From contig OY969814.1 of NCBI GenBank assembly GCA_963703345.1, positions 1,248,001 to 1,312,000 of the forward strand: a stretch of DNA of 64,000 nucleotides. The letters run 5' to 3'. How positions within the stretch are numbered: position 1 is the stretch's first letter; every line of letters starts with the position of its first letter. Of this stretch, positions 41,731 through 50,302 are shown in pieces. The position numbers and the translations under genes were made by a program. Source of the stretch: an uncultured Chloroflexia bacterium (lineage in GTDB: Bacteria > Chloroflexota > Dehalococcoidia > DSTF01 > JALHUB01). The notes under the pieces were generated by a model, which saw only the letters and a program-made list of their open reading frames with translations, did no database searches and was not told where the DNA came from.

Positions 41731-42063
41731 TTACGCTTCGCGCGAGGTTCGCCCGTTACCGAAGCCACCGAACAGCATGCCATTGAGGAGGGCCAGGACT
41801 AGTGAACCCACGATGAGGTAGACGATAAAGGCAATAAGGGAAGCTGGTTCTACGACGCCACCGGTATCGCTCACCGCCTTATTCGTCAAGTGGAAAATGC
41901 TGAAGAACGGCTGCACCCAGTAGTCACTACGGCTCAACATCCAGTGGACTATTTCATTACCGTTGTTGGCGTTGAACAGAAGAAGGAGGAATCGACCACC
42001 AGTCATGAACAAAAGGAATGCCAAGAAGAAGCTGGCCAAAGTCGACAGAATACGCATTCTCAA
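41731..42063 (-). CDS. YggT-like membrane protein
   Basis: RFLLLLFNAN...QPFFSIF...EPASLIAFIVY. Confidence 0.7.
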   Translation of the reverse strand: MRMRILSTLASFFLAFLLFMTGGRFLLLLFNANNGNEIVHWMLSRSDYWVQPFFSIFHLTNKAVSDTGGVVEPASLIAFIVYLIVGSLVLALLNGMLFGGFGNGRTSREA

Positions 42064-42331
42064 TACTTCCTTACTCGGTCTGGAGCGCTTCAGGTAGTCA
42101 TCAGAAAACTAAAGCCCGCCAACTGGCGACGATGCCGCCTACTCCACCGTCCTATCCACCGCAAATCAAAGCGATTATCACAGTGGCTGACCACGAATGT
42201 TAGGCCGGGATTCCCCATTTCAACTTGCTGACGTTGCCTGCCCCCCTTTCTTCGACCCAGTATCCGCTGTTCTCTCGCTGAAGAGTAACATTGGATCTGG
42301 ACTCGTTTTCGGGGGCAGGCCACCACGTAGT

Positions 42332-43354
42332 TTACCCTTCCTTATGTTGTGCTCGGCTAGCCGCCCGCCACCGAATGACTACCGCTGCGGCAAACGCGCT
42401 GCCTGCCGCGAGTAGCAACCAGGTTGCTGGCAGCCATGGTGGCGAGTCGTTGCCCGGGCCGCCGCCTGTCGACGGTGGTGCAGCTATGGGGTGGCCGGCC
42501 CCACCTAAGGGAGTAGGCGTGGCCGGCGCCGCTGTGGATGCCACGGGCGAAGCGGTGGGCGGCGCAGGCGTTGCTGTAGCCACGGGCGTACCGGGCGTAC
42601 CGCTCGGGGCGGGGGTTTCAGGCGACGCATTGGAGCAGCCCTGGATCGAGACGTTGTTGGTATCCATAGTCACTTCACCATTTCGCGCCAGGGCTCTACC
42701 GGACACGCTCGCACCGTTTTGTAGGGCGATGCTCGTGAGCGCGAGAATATTTCCTACGAATTTAGTGGTTGTGCCGAGAGTCGCGGAACTGCCGACCCGC
42801 CAGAACACGTTGCAAGCTGTACCGCCATTGATCACGCGGACAGAAGAGCTGCTGGCGGTCGTGAGTTTGCTCGCCATCTTGAAAATGAAGACGGCGTCGG
42901 CGCTACCCTGGGCGTCGAGAGTGAGCGCTCCTGTCAACTGAGCGGACGACGAGAAGCAATAGACTCCTTGCGTGAGCGTTTGCCCACCCAGATCCTTGCC
43001 AGTCTTATCGGCGGTGCAGGCCTGGGCTGCTAGAGCATCGTACGCAGTGGTGACGTCACTCTGGGCCTGAAGCGCGACCGCATCCGCTTTGTGCGTTGCT
43101 CCCGCGGTCACGCTCCCCGGAGGAAAACCAGTGACCGCAGTACCTGGGCTGACACCGAGATCTCCGAAGATCGTGGTCGGGCCGGTATTGGTCACAGTCT
43201 GGCCACCGAGGACCGCGAAGCTCGCCGCTGAACCCAGTCCTGGCGCGGTTTGCGCGCTGGGGCTTGCCATGGCGCCCGGCGCGGCAAGGAGCGCGGCGAG
43301 GGCAACGGCGCTGAGCCCCACGATAAGCCTGTAAGAGATTGACCTGTGTAACAT
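42332..43354 (-). CDS. ice-binding-like (DUF3494) surface protein with sortase-like C-terminus
   Basis: ASFAVLGG.TVTNTGPT, GVSPGTAVTGFPPG, LTLDAQG, NVFWRVGSSATLG, GRALARNG; PT-rich linker, PPSTG, TM segment and basic tail. Confidence 0.9.
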   Translation of the reverse strand: MLHRSISYRLIVGLSAVALAALLAAPGAMASPSAQTAPGLGSAASFAVLGGQTVTNTGPTTIFGDLGVSPGTAVTGFPPGSVTAGATHKADAVALQAQSDVTTAYDALAAQACTADKTGKDLGGQTLTQGVYCFSSSAQLTGALTLDAQGSADAVFIFKMASKLTTASSSSVRVINGGTACNVFWRVGSSATLGTTTKFVGNILALTSIALQNGASVSGRALARNGEVTMDTNNVSIQGCSNASPETPAPSGTPGTPVATATPAPPTASPVASTAAPATPTPLGGAGHPIAAPPSTGGGPGNDSPPWLPATWLLLAAGSAFAAAVVIRWRAASRAQHKEG

Positions 43355-43455
43355 CCTTCGTTACCTCCTTGTAAGGGTCTACGCGGGTAGACGTTCGGGC
43401 CGTGTGGCACCGGGGCTCCGCGCCGTTGGCCTGAAGGAACTTCTCGGTGCCTACG

Positions 43456-43539
43456 TCATCGAACTGTGATACTCACCACGCCCAGGAGGACGAGGACGAT
43501 GAATCCAATGATAAGGACGAGCCAGATATTGTTGCCCAT
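43456..43539 (-). CDS. 27-aa single-TM micropeptide, copy 2
   Basis: MGNNIWLVLIIGFIVLVLLGVVSITVR with GGAGGTG RBS, within a ~160-bp repeat (43443-43602). Confidence 0.6.
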   Translation of the reverse strand: MGNNIWLVLIIGFIVLVLLGVVSITVR

Positions 43540-43630
43540 TTAGTCACCTCCACTTGATCTTTCGTATACATCGACTCCAAGCTTCACCTTCTCGCTGGCG
43601 CTTGTGAGTTCCGCCTTCGGTCATTCGACA

Positions 43631-44107
43631 CTAGCGCCGCCACCGCCTGGTGCGGCTGGTAACGACTTTCTCCCCGGTTGCCGAGGGGCCGGCCGTAATC
43701 GCAGATAGGACGGCAATTAGCAACAGCGCAGCGACCGCGTACACGCCTATCGCGATAAGGGACGCGTATTCGAGATCGCCTCTGTTAGCGAGGATCCCTT
43801 GAAACGGCGCGGCGAGTGGCTTGCTGATGTCGTAGATGAAGTTGACGAAGCCGCTGTTGGAATTGGCTTCGGCCAGACGAAATCCCAGCCGGAAGACCAG
43901 CAACGTCTCCACTACTGCGAGGGCGACCATAATTACGTCGCCCAGGCTACGACCCCAGCTGCGTGCCAGGTTCCAACCGCCGGCTGACGAGTGCACGACC
44001 TGCTCTTCGACTACGCTATCGTCCCTGGCGATCGGTCGGTCTTCGGCGACGGGTCGCCGCTCGTTGTCGTCTGCCATCTCCTCATCTTGTCTCCGGATAG
44101 TCATCAT
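43631..44107 (-). CDS. YggT-like membrane protein
   Basis: LLVFRLGFRLAEAN..SGFVNFIYDISKPLAAPFQGI...EYASLIAIGVY. Confidence 0.8.
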   Translation of the reverse strand: MMTIRRQDEEMADDNERRPVAEDRPIARDDSVVEEQVVHSSAGGWNLARSWGRSLGDVIMVALAVVETLLVFRLGFRLAEANSNSGFVNFIYDISKPLAAPFQGILANRGDLEYASLIAIGVYAVAALLLIAVLSAITAGPSATGEKVVTSRTRRWRR

Positions 44108-44132
44108 TTCCTCCTTGCGAGGTCACCGGCGT

Positions 44133-44333
44133 CTAAGCCGCGACGCTTAACGGCCTCTGTGACATGAGCCAGCGCGTCGCATTGGTGTGTTCCTCAGTAT
44201 TCGGTCCGACCGAGGCGGCTTGAACTGCCTGGCGGTGCCCGCACTGGAGACACACCAATTCCTCCAAACGCGAAAGTATGTCCTCTTCGACCAACATGTC
44301 TCCGCTGCATCGCTGACATCCCCTGAACACCAT
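44133..44333 (-). CDS. small Zn-ribbon protein
   Basis: CQRCSGDM...CLQCG; GAGGAGGTG RBS. Confidence 0.7.
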   Translation of the reverse strand: MVFRGCQRCSGDMLVEEDILSRLEELVCLQCGHRQAVQAASVGPNTEEHTNATRWLMSQRPLSVAA

Positions 44334-44347
44334 ATTTCTGCACCTCC

Positions 44348-44590
44348 TCAATTGGCCTTCAGACCGGGGCTATCGATCGCCCTGCTGCCAGCGTCCTTTC
44401 GATCGACATCACGCCACAGAACGGTGTGTTCTGTCAGCCATCTCTCCAGGGAATCCTCGTCAATGCGGATCTGACGGCCGAGACGGATGAACGGTAGGTC
44501 ATCGCGGCGAATCATCCTGTATACCCATTGCGGCTTGACCTTGAGCAGATCCGCCGTTTCCTTGACTGTGAGCACCTTCATGTACTTCAC
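44348..44590 (-). CDS. excisionase-type helix-turn-helix DNA-binding protein (HTH_17)
   Basis: LTVKETADLLKV...VYRMIRRDDLPFIRLGRQIRI. Confidence 0.85.
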   Translation of the reverse strand: MKYMKVLTVKETADLLKVKPQWVYRMIRRDDLPFIRLGRQIRIDEDSLERWLTEHTVLWRDVDRKDAGSRAIDSPGLKAN

Positions 44591-44734
44591 TATAGGAGGC
44601 CGGCGTTCCGTACGCGTTCCGCAGCCGTTCCGGGCGCGTTCTTTTGACGTTCTTTTCGTTCTTGTAATTCGCTGTGACGTCGTTGTACAATACTCGTACT
44701 TCCTTCAGTTCTAAGGGGGGCATAGTACAACGCA

Positions 44735-45511
44735 GTGCAAACGGACGACGTAGGGCTGCGCATGTTTCTGCTGGGGCGCTTCGAGGTGCGCGCCGGTGAC
44801 CACGTGATCATCGACCAGGCGTGGCACCACCGGAACGCCAAGGCGTTACTCAAGCTCCTGGCCGTTCAGAGGGACCGCGCTCTGCACCGCGAACAGATTC
44901 TCGATGCCTTTTGGGCCAGCCTCGACCCGTCGGCCGCAGCCGCGAACCTCCGCAAGATCCTGTTTGATCTGCGCGCCGAGTTCGCCGCGCGACGCGTAGC
45001 AGCTCAGGTGGTCACCATCGCCGACGATATGGTCGTCCTTTCGCCTGAAATCTCCCTGGACATCGACGAATTCCGTTCTTGTGCGCGCGCAGCCCGTTCC
45101 GCTCAAGACAGGCTCGATCTCTACGAGGAAGCCATCGCCATCTACGGGGGCGACTTGCTTGTAGAAGATCTCTACGCGGAGTGGACCGAGGGCCTGCGCC
45201 GGGAGCTGCGGGATCTACACAATGACCTACTGATTGAGCTGAGCCAGCTGTACGCGGCGGCGGGAAAACTCGAACTGGCGGCCGAACGTCTCGAACGTCT
45301 GCTCCAGGCCGACCCTCTGAATGAGGACGCCAATCGGTTGATGATGCGCCTCTACGCCGAGGCGGGTAGTCGCCAGAAGGCCCACCGCCAGTATAAGACC
45401 TTCCGTGCCGTGCTTCGCCGCGAGATCGGAGCCGCGCCCTCGGAAGAGACGGAGACGCTCATCCGCGATATTCTCGCGGGCAAGGTCGGCCGCGGCCGGC
45501 CCGTTCGATGA
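44735..45511 (+). CDS. SARP-family (BTAD domain) transcriptional regulator
   Basis: LLGRFEV, LDIDEF, YGGDLL, DPLNEDANRLMMRLY and PSEET motifs. Confidence 0.9.
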   Translation: MQTDDVGLRMFLLGRFEVRAGDHVIIDQAWHHRNAKALLKLLAVQRDRALHREQILDAFWASLDPSAAAANLRKILFDLRAEFAARRVAAQVVTIADDMVVLSPEISLDIDEFRSCARAARSAQDRLDLYEEAIAIYGGDLLVEDLYAEWTEGLRRELRDLHNDLLIELSQLYAAAGKLELAAERLERLLQADPLNEDANRLMMRLYAEAGSRQKAHRQYKTFRAVLRREIGAAPSEETETLIRDILAGKVGRGRPVR

Positions 45512-45595
45512 AGCAAGATCGGCGGCAACCGCCTTGCAGCATCTTCTAAGAACTTGTCAAAGTCTCACGACTTATGTCGAGTGCTTGAGAAGGGC

Positions 45596-46177
45596 TCACT
45601 TTCGTGAGAGGTTGGCCAGAGCGCGACGTATCTGCGGGTCGGAGCGCAAGAACTTCAAGAGCTGGCTCGTCGTCAGGCCGAGCGCCGCCGCGGCCCGAGC
45701 GTAGCTGCCACCCGCCGCGTCGAGGGCGTCGAGCACGATGGCGACGATTATCGGATAGCCACGGTTGCTATGGTTCACCGCCAGGCCGCCCTCCCGGCCC
45801 CGCTGCGCTTCGAGCTCCGGCACCGACGGCGGCGACTTCAAATCGAAGGGCTGCCTGAGCGCGAGCGCCATTCGCTCGCGCAGTCGGCGGACCGCCCGCG
45901 ACCGGTTCTCTTCCAGATAGCGCGATTCCTCGGCCTGGGCGATGAGCCCGCTCGGCTCGTGGCGGAGGCGCACCGCCGTCTCCACCTTGTTTCGCCGTTG
46001 CCCGCCCGGGCCACTGGCGCGATAGCGCTCCTCGCGGCACTCCTTCAAGAGCGCGGCTTCCTCCATCCGCAGCCACACGTTCCTGCCACTTGCCGCCGTC
46101 ACGGCGTCCAGATCGCCCGCAGTCAACGCGAATACCTCCCGACTCGAAAACGCGGCGGTCCCACTCTCGCCGCGCAT
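45596..46177 (-). CDS. peptide chain release factor-like protein (RF-1 domain, GGQ)
   Basis: RASGPGGQRRNKVETAVRLRHEPSG..AQAEESR...N; C-terminal HTH-like segment. Confidence 0.85.
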   Translation of the reverse strand: MRGESGTAAFSSREVFALTAGDLDAVTAASGRNVWLRMEEAALLKECREERYRASGPGGQRRNKVETAVRLRHEPSGLIAQAEESRYLEENRSRAVRRLRERMALALRQPFDLKSPPSVPELEAQRGREGGLAVNHSNRGYPIIVAIVLDALDAAGGSYARAAAALGLTTSQLLKFLRSDPQIRRALANLSRK

Positions 46178-46329
46178 GATTGTAGTCCATCGCGGCCGGC
46201 GCGGTCATTCGCCTTCCCGACTAAGAGATTTGCTTGCGAAATCCCTCGCCTCTCTCGTTGACACGGATGTTACAACAAGAGGTCAAGCGCCAATCTTCGG
46301 AGGCTTGATTCGGTGTCTGCAGTCCAAGG

Positions 46330-47358
46330 ATGGCGAAGGTGACTGCGCCCAAGGCGAAGAACGTCTTCAAGCAGTTGAAGGCCGCCGAAGAGGAATTGCA
46401 GCGCAAGGACGAAGAGCTGCGAAAGGCGTGCCTGGAAACGGACGTGGAGCGGCACCGCTACTATGACCTCTTCGAGCAAGCTCCCGACGCGTACGTGGTC
46501 ACCGACATCGACGGCAAGATACTGGAATGCAATCGCGCCGCAGCGGAGTTGCTCAACCGGAAGGTTTCGCAAGTTACCGGCAAGCCGGTGCCCGGCTTCT
46601 TCTCCCTTGATGACCGCCCTGCCGTTCTGCAGCTCCTGAACTTGTTCCGCGAGTCCGAGGAGCGGCAGGAATGCGAGTTGCGGCTCTCGCCGAACGCGGG
46701 CAGCGAACCGTTGCACGCCCAGGCGACGGTCAGTCTCGTCCACAACGCGGCGCGAGAGGACGTCGAACTGCGGTGGCTGCTTCGCGATGTATCGCGACGG
46801 AAAGCCGCCGAGGCCGCCCTCGCCCAGAGCGAGCAGCGGCATCGCTTCCTTACCGAGCACGCCCAGGATGCCAGCTATCTCGTCCGCTTTTTGCCCGAGC
46901 CGCACCTGGAATACGTGAGTCCGGCCATCGAGCGCGCTGGTGAAGGATGCGCACGCCGCCTTCGTCAGGGGTGGCACGACGCACAAGGTGCTCGTTGAGC
47001 TGCCGGAGGATCTCCCCCCTTGAAAGCGGACAAGCGGCGCGTCGTGCAGGTGCTGAGCAATCTCCTCTCCAACGCCGCTCACGTCTCGCCACCGTCGGAG
47101 CCGATCACGATCTTCGCGCAATCGCAGGACGACGGCGTGCTCATACAGGTGCGCGACCGCGGCCGCGGCATTGCGCCGGAGCAGTTGCCGCTGCTCTTCC
47201 GAAAGTTCTACAAGATCGACGAGCGGGGGGACAAAGGAAGCGGCCTCGGCCTGGCGATCTCGAAGGGCATCGTGGAGGCGCACGGCGGGCGCATCTGGGC
47301 GGAGAGCGCCGGCGAAGGCGAGGGTGCCAGCTTCAGCTTCACGCTGCCGGCGGCCTGA
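46330..47358 (+). pseudogene. PAS sensor histidine kinase with internal deletion (HisKA missing)
   Basis: PAS ORF 46330-46998 breaks at YVSPAIER and joins out of frame to the HATPase part (NLLSNA, DRGRGI, GSGLGL); no H-box. Confidence 0.7.
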
Positions 47359-47407
47359 GAGAACGCAGCTTCAGGCGCGTCGTTCCTCGCGCGAGAAACG
47401 CTCCGGT

Positions 47408-48181
47408 TTACTGTTCCACGATCTGAATGCTCTGGACAACGTCGCCCTTCGCGAGCTGTTGCAGGACGTCCAGACCTGAAGTGACCTTGCCGAACGGCCA
47501 GAAGTCCGTCGAATCGAGGCGGGAGGGGTTGAGGGCTATAAAGAAGCGGCTGCCCGCCTTCATCCCGGTCGCGCTCCCTTCGAACATGCCCAGCGAGCCC
47601 ACCTCGAAAGTGTGCGAGTTCGGCTCGTTGGCGATCTCGTAGCCCGGACCGCCCTTGCCGTTGCCAGCCGGATCGCCTGTGGCTGCGAATGCGTCGGTGT
47701 CAACGTAGTAGAACTGCAGGTTGTTGAAGAAGCCCTGCCTGGCCAGGAAGACGAAGTTGTTGACCGTATTCGGCGCGTCGGCAGCGTACAGCGACACGAC
47801 GATTGGGCCCTTGTCAGTGGTGATTGTTGCGGTGTAGGTCTTCGCCGGATCGATGCTCATCGCCGGGGCGGCCTGCCACTGCTTCACCTGCTCGACGGTC
47901 GGCGTGGGCGTGACGTCGCTGGCTGAGGGCGTCGGCGTGTCGGTCTGAGAGACGGCGCCTACAGGCGTGGGCGTAGGAGTGGAGGCGTTGGTCCGGCCCC
48001 AGATCGCCAACCAGCCGGTTGCCAGGCTGCCCACCATTATCAGGGCGCCGGCGATGTAGAACATCTTGACGTTGCTAAAGATCCCAAAGGGCCCGTGCTT
48101 AGCGGCCGGCCCCGACCAGTCGGCGCGGCGCGGCTTGCGGCCCTTCCGTTTGATGTTTCTTGGTTGCTTCTGTTTCGGCAT
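47408..48181 (-). CDS. membrane-anchored cyclophilin-type peptidyl-prolyl isomerase
   Basis: APNTVNNFVFLARQGFF, GDPAGNGKGGPGY, GSRFFI and FGKV motifs; N-terminal TM segment and PT linker. Confidence 0.85.
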   Translation of the reverse strand: MPKQKQPRNIKRKGRKPRRADWSGPAAKHGPFGIFSNVKMFYIAGALIMVGSLATGWLAIWGRTNASTPTPTPVGAVSQTDTPTPSASDVTPTPTVEQVKQWQAAPAMSIDPAKTYTATITTDKGPIVVSLYAADAPNTVNNFVFLARQGFFNNLQFYYVDTDAFAATGDPAGNGKGGPGYEIANEPNSHTFEVGSLGMFEGSATGMKAGSRFFIALNPSRLDSTDFWPFGKVTSGLDVLQQLAKGDVVQSIQIVEQ

Positions 48182-48595
48182 TAAGAAAACCTCTGAGTTA
48201 CTAAACGAGCCTTGAAGGCGACTGTATGTAGTATAACAGAGCGAATTCGCTTGGCAAACCGGCCGCCGACAAGGAGGGTCCTGCCCCGCCCGGAGACCTC
48301 CTGACAGCCAGATTGGTCGAAAGCGACGGCTAGAGGGACGGTGAGATCGCGCTCCTGCGATGCGCGAGGCGAAGCCTCGCGCGGAACCCACGTAGCTGCA
48401 GCAACCGATGCCTTATGTTACGTCGACCTTCCATGGCAGCTTCGCAACGGCAGTGGGATGTGCGCTGGTGGCGTTCTCGGAGCGGTCCTCGACAAAGTAC
48501 TCTGAGACAAGCTGGTCTGATGCCCATCGGTCTTTCATCTAGGCGCTGACCATCGCTTAGTCTATAACGAGTATCCTTCTCCGACGTTCTCATTA

Positions 48596-48945
48596 GTGAC
48601 CCGACTGCGAGCCGACACTGTGTACGCAGTCGGCGTCGGCAGTCAAACAGGCGCCGCGAACTGCTGCAACGCCCATGAACTGGATGAAACCCTCCTCCAG
48701 GCAATCGTCGAGGGACCGCCCGGCAACTACACGCACGCGGTAGACGCGTCCACCTTGCCGGACATCTACAGCGGGATATCGCAGGACGTGATCAACATCT
48801 GCGCCAACTTCAGCGGCCACAAGTACGACGATCTGGCATGCGGCATCTCCGGGCTGCTTGGCGTCGATGTAGTCGTCCAATTCGTCGGAACTGGTCACCT
48901 GCTTGTCGTCAACGCCGATTATGACATCGCCACCTGGTGGTATCG
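48596..48945. pseudogene. head-to-head mosaic of gene fragments (vWA-like piece on +, PDZ-like piece on -)
   Basis: + strand: TVYAVGVG...LLQAIV...SGHKYDDL; - strand: GGDVIIGVDDKQVTSSDELDDYIDAKQPGD. Confidence 0.5.
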
Positions 48946-49079
48946 CCGCGAGTTCGCTGTTCGATGGCTCGGAGCCCACGCGACCTGCCGGCTCACTGGG
49001 AGGCTCATAGGAGTCGCTCTCAAAGGGCAGACGCGTCGACAAAGCGGTGGTACAATGCCAGAACCGAGGCGGCAGACCC

Positions 49080-49679
49080 ATGATCAGGATCCTGATCGCG
49101 GACGACGACTCCGGCGCGTGCGAGACTCTGGCGGACATACTCAGCGGGCAAGGCTATGAGGTGCGAACCGTCGAGAGCAGCCAGGCTGCGCTGGAAGCGG
49201 TGCAGGGCGAGCACTACGACGTCGCGCTGATTGATCAGCGAATGCCGGCAATGGAGGGCCTGGCAGTAGCCGGCGAACTGATCAGAACGCGGGCGTGCGA
49301 CGAGGTCTTCATGATCACGGCCTATGCGGAGCCGGGTTTCGCGAAGCGCGCTCACGCCAGGGGAGTGAGGCACGTGTTCGTGAAGCCGATCGACATTCCT
49401 CACCTCCTTCAGATGATAGGGCGGACCCGGGGCGGCCGCGCGTTATCGCAGCCTGCGGACTTTCAGCCGGATGCAAAGTCGCCGCCTTCGGGCCTGACGC
49501 GTCGAGAGTTGCAAGTGTTGGCACTCATCGCTCAGGGGAAGCACAACCGCGAGATTGCCGCCGAACTGACGCTTAGCCCGCGGACGGTGGAGCGGCACGT
49601 CGGAAAGATACTGGCGCGGCTGGAGGTGCCTGGTCGCGGTGCTGCGGCGGCCTTCGCTATCCGGCACCGGCTAGTCTAG
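49080..49679 (+). CDS. response regulator (REC + LuxR HTH)
   Basis: ILIADDD, LIDQRMP, KP; LTRRELQVLALIAQGKHNREIA...TVERHV. Confidence 0.9.
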   Translation: MIRILIADDDSGACETLADILSGQGYEVRTVESSQAALEAVQGEHYDVALIDQRMPAMEGLAVAGELIRTRACDEVFMITAYAEPGFAKRAHARGVRHVFVKPIDIPHLLQMIGRTRGGRALSQPADFQPDAKSPPSGLTRRELQVLALIAQGKHNREIAAELTLSPRTVERHVGKILARLEVPGRGAAAAFAIRHRLV

Positions 49680-50051
49680 GTAAGACGGCGCCAGGGTCCT
49701 GCGCCGATCGCGGGCAATGTAGGCCGCCTTTCGCGTACCGGCTTCCCAGGCCTGCAGGAGGGCGGCGCGCGCGGCGTTGCGGAACGGGGAGTGATAGTGC
49801 TCCATTATCGCCTGCACGCCGTCAGTCGGGATCGCCGCAATGGTCTTGCCGATAATGGCTTCCTCGATAAGACGCTTGAGCGCCATGCATTCGGGGTAGA
49901 CGTATACGGCCAGGACCAGTTGGGTGGTGCGTTCGACCTCCAGTTCTATCGTTAGAAGCCCTGAAGTGCCAGCCGACGACTGGGGAAGGCGCGCCATTCC
50001 CCCATAGACATCTGCCTGAGGGTGCGGCTGCTCCGGATCACGGTGAACCAC
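49671..50051 (-). CDS. DUF3870-like protein
   Basis: ARLPQ...LTIELEV...IIGK...YHSPFRNAARAAL. Confidence 0.5.
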   Translation of the reverse strand: MVHRDPEQPHPQADVYGGMARLPQSSAGTSGLLTIELEVERTTQLVLAVYVYPECMALKRLIEEAIIGKTIAAIPTDGVQAIMEHYHSPFRNAARAALLQAWEAGTRKAAYIARDRRRTLAPSYLD

Positions 50052-50302
50052 TTGACAGCCCGTCCTTCCTCTATTAGGCTCTCGTCAGGAAGCTGCGAGT
50101 TGACACGTCTGCTTGTTGGCAGTCCCCCCTCGAACGGTCGGCAGGCGTTTCTCAACTCGCTCCCCGGTCTTGCCTGCCTGCCTTGTAGCAGCCTTCGCGA
50201 GGGGCTGTCATGCGCGAAACTACGCATTTTCGTGATTTCGTGAACGTTTCCTTCGTTCTGTCCCGACTGGGGCCCTAGACATCAGTCTCAGGGAGGTGGC
50301 CC

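Noticed and set aside
44348-44590. HTH_17 protein as the excisionase for the tRNA-Val cassettes
   Set aside because: It is 33 kb away, has no adjacent integrase or att site, and sits in a regulatory context; this family includes many ordinary regulators.
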